Counted from the stretch's first letter, positions 27,304 through 38,152 are shown. The stretch is 64,000 nucleotides of DNA from Bacteroidetes bacterium GWB2_32_14 (GCA_001768235.1 MENK01000024.1:84468-148467); one strand, 5' to 3'. Made by a program: numbers and translations. Notes: generated from the letters alone by a model not told the origin.

Positions 27304-29385
27304 ATGAAATCAATTAACGATTTAAAAATTGGATTAAGGCTTAATTTAATATTAAGTATCCTGATTGTTGTAATTATTACAGCTTTAGGTGTTTATAATT
27401 ATTACACCAATAAGCAAAGAATTATTAACGATGCTGATATAAGGATGAACGAACAATTGGATGATATGGTAAGCATTCTGGATGTTCAGATATCTGAAAA
27501 TCAGAAAAAAGTCAATACTGCACTTCAGGTAGCTTCGCATGTATTTAATACAAGCGGAGATTTAATTTTAGATAGCAGGGAATATATAAACATGGCTGCT
27601 TCAGGACAGGGTTTCCAGATGCAGGATATGAATGTACAACTTTGGAAATTGGGGAATGTTCCTATTCAATTAAACAATGACTTTGTTGATAAAATAGGAG
27701 AATTAACAGGAGCAAATACTTCGGTATTTCAGAAAGTGCAGGGAGGATACGTGCGAATCGCGACAAATGTACTAAACGAATCAGGAAAAAGATCGTTCGG
27801 AACTTTTATGGCAAATAACTCAGATATTGTTCAGAAAATTGAATCTGGCCAAAAATATGAAGGACGTGCCCTGGTATTGAATGTTTGGATGTTAACTGCA
27901 TATGAACCGATAAAGCTAAATGGACAAATAATTGGGATGATTGGTGTTGGAGTTCCCGAAAAAGATCTTGGTAGTTTAAAAAAGATTTTTGACAGTAAAA
28001 TCTACTTTGAGTCGGGATATCCTTTTCTTGTAGCAAAAGATGGTACATTTATTATTCACCCTACATCGGAAGGTCAAAATGCAAGCCAGTTTACATTTTT
28101 TAAACAAATGACAGGAAGTAATCAAAACAGTGGAAAATCAAGGTATCAATGGCCTGAAACAGCAAGTGGACAATGGAAATATCAATATTTTAAATACGTT
28201 CCTAAAATTGATTCTTATGTTGCCGTATCATTTTATGAAAATATTTTATTTAAATATTTAAAAGAAATACGTACATCAATAATTGTAGGGTTAATACTAG
28301 CAATTGTAATTTTTATTATTATTGTTTCGTTAATTTCCACGAATATAGCCAAGGCATTAAATAAGGGAGTTAATTTTGCACAGAAAGTTGCCGATGGGGA
28401 TCTTACAGCAACAGTTGAAATAAAACAACAAGATGAAATAGGGTTGTTGGCTAATGCGCTCAATCGTATGGTTTTACAACTACGTGGTATTGTAGAAAAT
28501 GTCGATTTAAGTGCAGACAACATTGTTTCTGCAAGCCAGCAGATAAGTTCTGGTTCGCAACAATTATCACAAGGAGCTAATGAACAGGCTTCATCAACGG
28601 AAGAAGTATCTTCATCTATGGAAGAAATGGTTTCTAACATTCAGCAAAATACAGATAATTCGCAGCAAACAGAAAAAATATCAATAGAAGCAGCTAATGG
28701 TATAGAAAAAGTTGCTCATGCTTCTCAGGAAAGCCTAAGCTCTATAAGGCAAATTGCGGGCAAAATCAATGTTGTTAACGATATTGCTTTTCAAACGAAT
28801 ATACTGGCTTTAAATGCGGCAGTAGAAGCTGCACGTGCCGGTGAACATGGCAGGGGGTTTGCCGTTGTTGCCGCAGAGGTTAGAAAGCTGGCCGAAAGAA
28901 GTAAAATTGCTGCCGACGAAATAGTTGGTTTATCAGCGCATAGTTTAAAAGTTACCGAAGAAGCCGGAGAACTAATGGCCAAGATAATTCCTGAAATAGG
29001 TAAAACAGCCAAACTGGTACAGGAAATTTCTGCTGCAAGCCTTGAACAAAATTCAGGCGCCGACCAGATAAATAATGCTATTCAGCAATTAAATCAGGTT
29101 ACACAGCAAAATGCTGCTGCATCGGAAGAATTGGCTACCAGTGCCGAAGAACTCGCCAGCCAGGCCGAACAATTGAGAGAGAATATTTCATTCTTTACTA
29201 TTGGCGATAATAAAAAATTAATGAAAAGTAAAAAAGATCATGGGAAATATGATTCCCAAAAGAAAGAAAATAAGGCAGCAAATAGTGTTCATGAACAAAA
29301 ACATGCAAGTTTAAATCGTAATACCGGGTATGACTTTAAGATGCACGATGATAAAACTACTGACGATGATTATGAAAAATTTTAA
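27304..29385 (+). CDS. Methyl-accepting chemotaxis protein with a periplasmic Cache-type (double-Cache-like) sensor, HAMP and signalling domain
   Basis: TM1, a roughly 280-aa periplasmic region ([10 protein letters not shown]...GKRSFGT Cache-like motif), TM2 and HAMP ([13 protein letters not shown]). The conserved hairpin tip is [42 protein letters not shown]. Confidence 0.95.
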   Translation: MKSINDLKIGLRLNLILSILIVVIITALGVYNYYTNKQRIINDADIRMNEQLDDMVSILDVQISENQKKVNTALQVASHVFNTSGDLILDSREYINMAASGQGFQMQDMNVQLWKLGNVPIQLNNDFVDKIGELTGANTSVFQKVQGGYVRIATNVLNESGKRSFGTFMANNSDIVQKIESGQKYEGRALVLNVWMLTAYEPIKLNGQIIGMIGVGVPEKDLGSLKKIFDSKIYFESGYPFLVAKDGTFIIHPTSEGQNASQFTFFKQMTGSNQNSGKSRYQWPETASGQWKYQYFKYVPKIDSYVAVSFYENILFKYLKEIRTSIIVGLILAIVIFIIIVSLISTNIAKALNKGVNFAQKVADGDLTATVEIKQQDEIGLLANALNRMVLQLRGIVENVDLSADNIVSASQQISSGSQQLSQGANEQASSTEEVSSSMEEMVSNIQQNTDNSQQTEKISIEAANGIEKVAHASQESLSSIRQIAGKINVVNDIAFQTNILALNAAVEAARAGEHGRGFAVVAAEVRKLAERSKIAADEIVGLSAHSLKVTEEAGELMAKIIPEIGKTAKLVQEISAASLEQNSGADQINNAIQQLNQVTQQNAAASEELATSAEELASQAEQLRENISFFTIGDNKKLMKSKKDHGKYDSQKKENKAANSVHEQKHASLNRNTGYDFKMHDDKTTDDDYEKF

Positions 29386-29427
29386 AGTTATTTATGTTTC
29401 TGAATAATTAAATTAAAAAATATTAAT

Positions 29428-29432
29428 GGAGG
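29428..29432 (+). promoter_or_regulatory. Shine-Dalgarno-like GGAGG 8 nt upstream of the cheW-2 ATG
   Basis: aatGGAGGaataataaATG. Confidence 0.35.
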
Positions 29433-29440
29433 AATAATAA

Positions 29441-30004
29441 ATGAATAAAGATATTCATAATAATAGCAATTCGTACCTTTCATTTCATCTTGGCGAAGAG
29501 GAATTTGCGGCACATGTTGGTAAAGTCCTTAATATACTTGAAATGACAAGGATTACAGAAGTGCCCAAAGCTCCTGAATACATGAAAGGGGTTATTAACC
29601 TGAGAGGCACAGTTTTACCCGTCGTCGATACTCGTATAAAATTCGGAATGTCACCAACAGTTTATACTCCAAACACATGTATTGTTGTCATGGAAGTAGA
29701 AATTGAAAATGATAATGTGCAGGTCGGAGCTTTGGTAGATTCTGTGCAGGCAGTACTTGAAATAGAAGACTCACAAGTACAACCTCCGCCAAGTATTGGA
29801 AGTAAATATAAATCGGAGTTTATTTATGGCATGACCAGGTTTGATGAAAAATTCATTATGTTGCTCGATATGGATAAGGTTTTCTCAAGTGATGATATTC
29901 AATCGCTTAAAGAAAAAACATTTGAAGGCGAACAGGAAATGGGGGCTAATACTGAAACAAATATTAAAACTGTGACCAAAACAAAAACAAAATCAAAAAC
30001 TTGA
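29441..30004 (+). CDS. cheW: Chemotaxis coupling protein CheW (copy 2) with a Lys/Thr-rich C-terminal extension
   Basis: 122 of 144 core residues are identical to copy 1 (my by-eye count). It has an extra tail ...TETNIKTVTKTKTKSKT. Confidence 0.9.
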   Translation: MNKDIHNNSNSYLSFHLGEEEFAAHVGKVLNILEMTRITEVPKAPEYMKGVINLRGTVLPVVDTRIKFGMSPTVYTPNTCIVVMEVEIENDNVQVGALVDSVQAVLEIEDSQVQPPPSIGSKYKSEFIYGMTRFDEKFIMLLDMDKVFSSDDIQSLKEKTFEGEQEMGANTETNIKTVTKTKTKSKT

Positions 30005-30071
30005 TTACAGCTTGATAGTATAGATAAGAAAATGAATCATGTTGGTAATCAGAAAATTATAAAATTGAGAT

Positions 30072-32009
30072 ATGAAAATAAACGATATAAAAATCAGTAA
30101 CAAGTTAAGAATTTCAATATTTTCTCAAGTGGTTTTTATTGCTTTAATCGTCTTCTTCTTTTTTAATATCAATAATAAGTTTAATGAAATTAAAAAGAAT
30201 AAGATTTATGTTTCGGAGAAGATAAATGAAATTCGATCGTTTTCTCTAAACGTAAAAGATTTTATTAATAATGACATGGATTACAATCAGTTGCGTTCGG
30301 TTTACGAATCCATGAGAGCCGGCCTTTCACAGGATGTTTCAATGAATGTTTTTGATGAGATTTGGTCGGACATTGATAAAATTAATGACTTACGTAACCA
30401 AAATCTGGCGATTGAAAACAAAGTTATGGATTTGTGTTCGCAATCAATAAATGCTTCGTCAACTTTTATTATGAGCGTTAGTGCGAAACTTGCCGATGCA
30501 AGGTTAAGCAATTCTGTTTCAAAATTAGAACGAATAGTTATTGGTGGTGCGAATAATAATAATTTGTTTTATGCTGAAATAAAAGTGCTTTTTTATAAAT
30601 TAAAAAATGATATTTCTTTAAAAGAACAATTGCTGACAACACTTAATAGTGGAATTGAGAACGCAACCCAGGACAGGGGGCGTTTAAAAGGAACTCCCTA
30701 TGAATCGCTTGCGGTTACAGCCATTGATGCAAATGTTCAGATAAGAAGCCTTGTTGTTGAGTATGTTTCAAAAGTAGAAACTGAGAATAATCTTAAAAAT
30801 AATATTTTTCAGATTATTGATAAAATGGATAAAGAACTAAACAGCAATGAAACAAAATCAACTTTCGATGGATTTGCCGTGATTAAGAGCCAGATAATTA
30901 CAATTTTTACTCTGATTTTTATTATATCATTCATTCTTATACTGATTTACTATGATTTGGTAAAAGTAGTTGGAAGGTTGATTAATGTAGCTGTCACAAA
31001 CCTCACCAAGATGTCAGAAGGTGAACTCGATCTTAATATTTCAGAAACATTAACAGATAGAAACGATGAATTGGGGTTGTTCTCAAAAAGTTTGAATAAC
31101 CTGATTGTAAAGCTAAAGGATATTATTGATTCCATTTCAACTGCTGCAGAGAGTATTAATTCGGCAAGTCTGCAAATAAGTTCAGGTTCTCAGCAATTAT
31201 CGCAGGGAGCTAATGAACAGGCATCTTCAACCGAAGAAGTATCTTCATCAATGGAAGAGATGGTGTCGAATATTCAACAAAATGCAGATAATGCACAGCA
31301 AACAGAGAAAATTTCTGTTGAAGCTTCAAATGGTATCGGGAATGTTGCAAAAGCAGCTCAGGAAAGCTTGAAATCGATCCGCCAGATAGCTGATAAAATT
31401 TCAGTTGTAAACGATATTGCTTTCCAAACAAATATTTTAGCGCTTAATGCAGCAGTCGAAGCTGCCCGTGCAGGGGAACATGGTAAAGGATTTGCAGTAG
31501 TAGCTGCTGAAGTTAGAAAACTTGCTGAAAGGAGTAAAGTTGCTGCCGACGAGATTGTTGGTTTATCAGCACATACTTTAAAAGTTACCGAAGAAGCAGG
31601 GGAACTAATGGCCAAAATAATCCCTGAAATAGGTAAAACAGCCAAACTGGTACAGGAAATTTCTGCCGCAAGCCTTGAGCAAAATTCAGGCGCCGATCAG
31701 GTTAATAATGCGATACAGCAATTGAATCAAATTACTCAGCAAAACGCTGCAGCTTCTGAAGAATTGGCAACCAGCGCCGAAGAACTTGCCAGCCAGGCAG
31801 AACAATTAAAGGAGAATATATCTTATTTTTCTACCGGGAGCATAAAAAATTATAAAAGTATAAAGAGTAATGCAGCCAAATTGCATGAACAGAAAAAATC
31901 ATTTTCTCTTACTCCTAAGGCAAGTCCCAAAATGAAAATGAATAAACATTCTGGTATTGATATTCATTTGAACGACAGGAATATTGATGATGAATATGTA
32001 AAGTATTAA
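30072..32009 (+). CDS. Methyl-accepting chemotaxis protein with an all-helical periplasmic sensor (4HB/HBM-like), HAMP and signalling domain
   Basis: Two TM segments flank a roughly 240-aa helical region, followed by HAMP ([14 protein letters not shown]). The signalling domain is 203/222 identical to that of the first MCP (by-eye count). Confidence 0.95.
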   Translation: MKINDIKISNKLRISIFSQVVFIALIVFFFFNINNKFNEIKKNKIYVSEKINEIRSFSLNVKDFINNDMDYNQLRSVYESMRAGLSQDVSMNVFDEIWSDIDKINDLRNQNLAIENKVMDLCSQSINASSTFIMSVSAKLADARLSNSVSKLERIVIGGANNNNLFYAEIKVLFYKLKNDISLKEQLLTTLNSGIENATQDRGRLKGTPYESLAVTAIDANVQIRSLVVEYVSKVETENNLKNNIFQIIDKMDKELNSNETKSTFDGFAVIKSQIITIFTLIFIISFILILIYYDLVKVVGRLINVAVTNLTKMSEGELDLNISETLTDRNDELGLFSKSLNNLIVKLKDIIDSISTAAESINSASLQISSGSQQLSQGANEQASSTEEVSSSMEEMVSNIQQNADNAQQTEKISVEASNGIGNVAKAAQESLKSIRQIADKISVVNDIAFQTNILALNAAVEAARAGEHGKGFAVVAAEVRKLAERSKVAADEIVGLSAHTLKVTEEAGELMAKIIPEIGKTAKLVQEISAASLEQNSGADQVNNAIQQLNQITQQNAAASEELATSAEELASQAEQLKENISYFSTGSIKNYKSIKSNAAKLHEQKKSFSLTPKASPKMKMNKHSGIDIHLNDRNIDDEYVKY

Positions 32010-32087
32010 ATTTTTGCAGGAAGAATAATTGATATTTATGGTTCATAGATTTTTTAGGTTAGGGTTTTTAGTACGAATCTTTAATCA

Positions 32088-32112
32088 AGAGAGGGGATTC
32101 TCCCTCTCTTTT
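32088..32112 (+). terminator. Intrinsic terminator/attenuator-like hairpin between mcp-2 and cheR
   Basis: agagaggg (32088-32095), loop gattct, ccctctct (32102-32109), then ttt followed by aaaa. It is an 8-bp GC-rich stem but has only a short T tract. Confidence 0.5.
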
Positions 32113-32129
32113 AAAACAAATTAGGAATA

Positions 32130-32987
32130 ATGGATCCAACATTATTACAACAAATTTTTAATGCAAAAATGACTGACGATGATTTTAATCGCCTGAGCGA
32201 TTTTATATATAAGCAGTCAGGAATAAAAATGCCGTATGTAAAATTAATTATGCTGCAAAGTCGGTTGCAAAAGCGACTGAAGGAATTAAAAATTAGCACG
32301 TATAAAGATTATGTTGATTATGTTTTTAGTGAAGAGGGACAAAAAAACGAAATTATCCACATGCTCGATGTGGTGAGCACGAATAAAACAGATTTTTTCA
32401 GGGAACCTGTACATTTCGATTTTTTAAATACAGATGTTTTACCCAAATTCATGAATAATATTCATTTAAATTATAACTTTAAAGTATGGAGTGCAGGATG
32501 TTCAAGCGGAGAAGAACCATATACCATTGCAATTACCTTACAGGAGTTTAAAAACAGAAATCCAAGATTCGATTATTTTATAACAGCAACAGATATTTCT
32601 TTGCAGATTTTACAACATGCTTCCCTGGCTGTTTACAAGGAAGAAAGAATATCAAATATACCCCTGGAGATTAAAAGAAAATATTTTCTGAGAAGCAAGG
32701 ATCATGAAAAAAAAACGGTAAGGGTTGTTAAAGAATTGAGAAACAAAGTAGCCTATTACAGGCTTAACTTTATGAACGATACCTACAATTTGCCCGACGT
32801 CTTCGATGTTATATTTTGCAGGAATGTCCTTATTTATTTTAATCGTGAAACCCAGGAACAGGTAATTAATAAATTGTGTTTAAAACTAAAAAGCGGGGGA
32901 TATTTATTTATTGGGCATTCCGAATCAATATTGGGCATGAAAGTTCCTTTAGAACAAATAAAACCAACAATTTTCAAACGTATTTAA
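32130..32987 (+). CDS. cheR: Chemotaxis protein methyltransferase CheR
   Basis: TDFFRE, VWSAGCSSGEEPYTIA (SAM motif), IFCRNVLIYF and GGYLFIGHSE. Confidence 0.9.
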   Translation: MDPTLLQQIFNAKMTDDDFNRLSDFIYKQSGIKMPYVKLIMLQSRLQKRLKELKISTYKDYVDYVFSEEGQKNEIIHMLDVVSTNKTDFFREPVHFDFLNTDVLPKFMNNIHLNYNFKVWSAGCSSGEEPYTIAITLQEFKNRNPRFDYFITATDISLQILQHASLAVYKEERISNIPLEIKRKYFLRSKDHEKKTVRVVKELRNKVAYYRLNFMNDTYNLPDVFDVIFCRNVLIYFNRETQEQVINKLCLKLKSGGYLFIGHSESILGMKVPLEQIKPTIFKRI

Positions 32988-32998
32988 AACCTACGAAT

Positions 32999-33916
32999 AT
33001 GACAGATTTAACCGACAAAGAATTAATCGACGAGCTTAAAAAACGTTTTGAACAAAATAAACGGGCACTTGAAGAAGTACATGAACTTAATAATGAGCTT
33101 AAAAACGCTAATTTGAAACTCGAAGAATCAGAAGCCCTGAAAAGCCACTTTATTTCGAATATTACAAACGAAATTATTAATCCTTTTGCATCAATTCTGG
33201 CTTTATCAAAAAATATATTATCTGTAGATAAAGAAAATTGGAAAAAAGTAATTTCAATGATTTCCTTAATATATTCCGAAGCTTTTAACCTCGATTTTCA
33301 GTTGCGGAATATATTTGTTGCAGCAAAACTTGAAGCCGGCGAAATTTATCCCGAAATTTTAAATGTGGATATAAAATACTTAATTGATAGTGTTATTGAA
33401 TCATTTAAGTACGTATCTAAGAAAAAGAAATTAAGCATCAGTTTTAATTTTAACATTCCAACAGAACATAATAAACCGGTTTTCTTTAAATCCGATCCCG
33501 AAAAGCTAAGATTAATATTATCAAATCTTTTAAGCAATGCTGTAAAATTTAGCGCTGATGATAAAAGTATTGAAATTACAGCATCTATGGAAAAGAAAAA
33601 TTTAATAATATCTGTTAAAGATAATGGAACAGGAATATCATTAAAAAACCAGAAAATAATTTTTGACAGGTTTAAAAGGCTCGATTCAGGAATTAACTCA
33701 ATTAACCGTGGACATGGATTAGGCCTTTCAATAAACAAAGCATTACTCGATTTGTTAAACGGAACTATTAAAGTTGAGAGTAGTATTGGCAAAGGAGCTA
33801 ATTTCATAATCTCAATACCCGAAAACGATTCACAAGCCAGTGGGTTTTCATTCGATGGAAACGAGTTGTTTTTTGATGACGAATCCATTTTGAATACTGA
33901 TTCTGAAACATTCTAA
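32999..33916 (+). CDS. Soluble histidine-kinase-fold protein with a degenerate H-box (phospho-acceptor His replaced by Asn) and an intact HATPase domain
   Basis: The ATG at 32999 (MTDLTDKEL) is preferred over the track TTG at 32876, which overlaps cheR by 112 nt. It has a coiled coil, a DHp-like segment ESEALKSHFISNITNEIINPFASI, and N/G1/F/G2 boxes LSNLLSNAVKF, DNGTGI, FDRF, GHGLGLSI. No TM segment or sensor domain. Confidence 0.8.
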   Translation: MTDLTDKELIDELKKRFEQNKRALEEVHELNNELKNANLKLEESEALKSHFISNITNEIINPFASILALSKNILSVDKENWKKVISMISLIYSEAFNLDFQLRNIFVAAKLEAGEIYPEILNVDIKYLIDSVIESFKYVSKKKKLSISFNFNIPTEHNKPVFFKSDPEKLRLILSNLLSNAVKFSADDKSIEITASMEKKNLIISVKDNGTGISLKNQKIIFDRFKRLDSGINSINRGHGLGLSINKALLDLLNGTIKVESSIGKGANFIISIPENDSQASGFSFDGNELFFDDESILNTDSETF

Positions 33917-33927
33917 AAAAAGTTTTA

Positions 33928-34416
33928 ATGGATAACCTTGGGTCACATTTTTTATATCCGGCGGAACTTTATGCAAGTAAAGAGCCATTCCAGATTAATA
34001 CTATTTTAGGTTCATGTGTTGCAGTTTGTTTATGGGACAGAACCTTAAACTATGGAGGAATGTGTCATTACATGTTGCCTTATTGGAATGGAGAAGGTTT
34101 AGCGTCGCCTAAATACGGTAATATTGCAATAGAAAAGCTATTAGAGAAAATGTATTCTTTTGGTTGCAATAAAATGAATATTGTTGCAAAGGTTTTTGGC
34201 GGTGGCGAAGTTATTGAAACAAAATCTCCCCAGTTTCATATTGGTGAAAGAAACATTAAATTAGCACTAGAAGTTTTAGAAGAAAAAAAAATAAGTATTA
34301 TTAGTTCAAGCCTGGGTGGCAAGCAGGGACGAAAAATCATATTTTATACCCATACAGGAGAAGTTAAACAAAGATATGTGCAACGTCAAACAGTAAATCC
34401 TGATAATAAAAACTGA
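33928..34416 (+). CDS. cheD: Chemoreceptor glutamine deamidase CheD
   Basis: ILGSCVAVCLWD (catalytic Cys), GGMCHYMLP (His) and AKVFGGG. Confidence 0.85.
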   Translation: MDNLGSHFLYPAELYASKEPFQINTILGSCVAVCLWDRTLNYGGMCHYMLPYWNGEGLASPKYGNIAIEKLLEKMYSFGCNKMNIVAKVFGGGEVIETKSPQFHIGERNIKLALEVLEEKKISIISSSLGGKQGRKIIFYTHTGEVKQRYVQRQTVNPDNKN

Positions 34417-34476
34417 CCTGGATAACAATATTTTTATAGATACCAACTTTTTTTACAATATTATATAATTTTGTAA

Positions 34477-35571
<1,095 letters not shown>

Positions 35572-35735
35572 GAATTTGTTAAGAATATTTTTGAAATAAA
35601 AGTTATGCCTGACGTGTTAAAAATAAAAAAATGAAAAGAAATTAAGGCTACGATAAATCAATGATAATATTGATAAAAATATTGAAAGAATTTAAAAAAT
35701 ATAAATATTGATTAAAATAAATAATTGAGAAGGTA

Positions 35736-35743
35736 TAAATTTG
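35736..35743 (+). promoter_or_regulatory. Candidate Bacteroidota-type -7 promoter box (TAnnTTTG) for the GAF-PAS sensor gene
   Basis: TAAATTTG lies 50 nt upstream of the ATG at 35794. There is no clear TTTG -33 element at ideal spacing. Confidence 0.3.
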
Positions 35744-35793
35744 TTGATACGATTAATTATTTTTAATTTCAGCAAAAATTATAACATAAATCT

Positions 35794-38070
35794 ATGGGTG
35801 AACGTAATTCTCAAGGCATTGTATTTAAATATACTGTTAGTGGTTTTATTGTTGGATTAGTTACAGTTTTATTTGTAATTATTGTTGATTTTTTAATTAA
35901 AAAAATCAGTTTCTCCGAATTAATCGAGATACATAAGTCAAACCCGGTTTATATAATTATTGATTTGTCTCCGCTTGTTCTTGCCTTTTATGCTTATCTG
36001 GTTAGTAAAAAATATGCCGATACTTCATCGGTTCTACATGCATCATTAAAAAATGAATTTGACAAAACCCAAAAAATATTCAGGTTTGTTGAAAAAATCA
36101 GGCTTGGTAATATCGATGCTGATTATAAAGTTCAGGATTCTGACGATGTGCTTGGCCAATCAATACTCGATTTACGGGATAATTTAAAGAAAAACAAAAT
36201 AGAAGAGGATAACAGGCGCAGGGAAGATAAGCAAAGAAACTGGATAGCCGAAGGACTGGCTATGTTCGGAGAAATATTACGTAAAGATACCGATAACATC
36301 CAGGAGCTTTCTTATAACCTGATTAGCGAACTTGTAAAATATATTAAAGTTAACCAGGGAGCATTCTTTATTATTAATGATGAATCTTTATCCGATAAGC
36401 ATCTTGAAATGACTGCCTGCTATGCTTATGAACGCAGAAAATTCGCTGATAAAAGGGTTGAGTGGGGCGAAGGAATTCTTGGAGCATGCATTTTAGAACA
36501 GGAAACAATTTATATGACCGATGTTCCTAAAAACTATGTAAATATTACATCAGGTCTTGGGCAGGCAACTCCGAAATTTTTATTGGTTGTTCCGTTAAAA
36601 ATTAATAACGAGGTTTACGGTGTCCTTGAAATAGGTTCCTTTCAGCAAATTGAAAAATACGTTATTGAATTTATCGAAAAAGTTGCAGAAAGCGTTGCAT
36701 CAACAATTTCAAATGTTAAAATAAATACGCGGACAGCAAAGCTTCTTAAAGAATCTCAATTGCAGGCAGAAACTCTTGCATCTCAGGAAGAACAAATGAG
36801 GCAGAACATGGAAGAACTTCAGGCCACCCAGGAAGAAGCTGCCCGCCAAAGTGAGAAGTTTATTACTTTTACAAATGCCGTGAATCACACTCTTATTCGT
36901 GCCGAATATGATTCCAATGGAACCCTTCTTTATGCAAATACTAGATTCCTTAAAAAATTGGGTTACGAAAGAAACTCTGAGGTTGAAGGTCAGCACATCT
37001 CTTTGTTTATTAATGAAAAAGACAGGGAGTGGTTCGACGAATTATGGGAAGGTTTGGCCAAAGGAGGTAAACATTTCGAAGGCGACATGAAACATGTTAC
37101 AAAACAAGGCCGCGATTTGTGGACTATGTCAACATACACGTGCATGAGAAATGATGATGGAAGTGTAGAAAAAATCCTGTTCCTTGCAATTGATACTACC
37201 GACCAGAAAAAACAAAGCCTCGATTACCAGGGGCAAATTCAGGCTTTGAATAAGTCAACAATTAAAGTAGAGTTTTTACCTACTGGTGATTTACTCGAAT
37301 GCAATCAGAAATTTATTGATTTAATGGAGTTTTCGTTATATGAACTTAAAGAAAAAACAATTTTCGATTTTGTTGATAAATCTGAATTAAACAAATTACG
37401 TGAATTCTGGGATAAAATTATACTGGGTGAAACATGGGAAGGTACGTTACGACAAAGAACAAAAGAAGATAAAGATATATGGGTAAGAGTTTCTCTTTCG
37501 GCTGTTAAAGATATGTACGATGACATTTCAAAAATTGTATATATTGGCAACGATGAAACCAAAGAGAAATTAATGGAAATTGAATCGAGAAAACAGACCG
37601 AACTACTCAAAAAACAAGAAGAAGAGTTGCGTATATCACGATTAGATTTAAGAGCTCAACTTAAACAGGCAAAAGACGAAATACGACAACAATTTAAAGA
37701 AATTGAAAGATCTAAAATACTTCATGAAAGAACATTGGAAGGAGCTCTCGATTCAATTATTACTATAAATCATAATGGAATTATTATATTTTTTAATAAA
37801 GCTGCCGAAGAGCTTTGGAATGTAAAAAAAGACTCCGTATTGGGGCGAAATGTTTCAAAACTTTTCCCTGATTATGATTTTAGCGATGAGTTTATTAATT
37901 CATTTATTGATTTGAACGAAGATAAGGTAATTGGAGAGCGTAAAGAAGTTGTTATTAAAGATGCAAAAGGAAATGAAAAATCTGTACTTTTCCTTATATC
38001 ACAGGCAAAAGTGGATGATGAAACAACATATACAGCATTTATACAGAATATTTCTGTAGATTTATTTTAG
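35794..38070 (+). CDS. Membrane-anchored GAF plus multi-PAS sensor protein with no recognisable output domain
   Basis: Two N-terminal TM helices and a GAF-like region (VNQGAFFIIND...LLVVPLKINNEVYGVLEIGSF). A coiled-coil linker follows (QEEQMRQNMEELQATQEEA). There are then at least three PAS-like repeats, and the ORF ends inside or just after the last PAS. Confidence 0.85.
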   Translation: MGERNSQGIVFKYTVSGFIVGLVTVLFVIIVDFLIKKISFSELIEIHKSNPVYIIIDLSPLVLAFYAYLVSKKYADTSSVLHASLKNEFDKTQKIFRFVEKIRLGNIDADYKVQDSDDVLGQSILDLRDNLKKNKIEEDNRRREDKQRNWIAEGLAMFGEILRKDTDNIQELSYNLISELVKYIKVNQGAFFIINDESLSDKHLEMTACYAYERRKFADKRVEWGEGILGACILEQETIYMTDVPKNYVNITSGLGQATPKFLLVVPLKINNEVYGVLEIGSFQQIEKYVIEFIEKVAESVASTISNVKINTRTAKLLKESQLQAETLASQEEQMRQNMEELQATQEEAARQSEKFITFTNAVNHTLIRAEYDSNGTLLYANTRFLKKLGYERNSEVEGQHISLFINEKDREWFDELWEGLAKGGKHFEGDMKHVTKQGRDLWTMSTYTCMRNDDGSVEKILFLAIDTTDQKKQSLDYQGQIQALNKSTIKVEFLPTGDLLECNQKFIDLMEFSLYELKEKTIFDFVDKSELNKLREFWDKIILGETWEGTLRQRTKEDKDIWVRVSLSAVKDMYDDISKIVYIGNDETKEKLMEIESRKQTELLKKQEEELRISRLDLRAQLKQAKDEIRQQFKEIERSKILHERTLEGALDSIITINHNGIIIFFNKAAEELWNVKKDSVLGRNVSKLFPDYDFSDEFINSFIDLNEDKVIGERKEVVIKDAKGNEKSVLFLISQAKVDDETTYTAFIQNISVDLF

Positions 38071-38152
38071 AACACTTTATTTACGTTGCAAACATATTTT
38101 CTTACCACTGAATCGTACATTCGTATTTTACATATTGATATAATTATTTCTA

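Noticed and set aside
28791-29012. Antisense ORFs of 73-135 aa opposite both MCP signalling domains (28233..28640, 28791..29012, 31358..31645), with near-identical peptides in the two copies
   Set aside because: They mirror Ala/Glu/Gln-rich sense codons (GCN/GAR/CAR), which rarely give stops on the opposite strand. Their similarity simply reflects the duplication of the MCP genes. They have no start context or independent support.
32876-32998. The long version of the kinase-fold ORF, starting at 32876 and overlapping cheR by 112 nt
   Set aside because: The extension begins at a non-ATG codon and encodes low-complexity sequence in the alternate frame of the well-supported CheR C-terminus. The ATG at 32999, 12 nt after the cheR stop, gives a sensible coiled-coil N-terminus.
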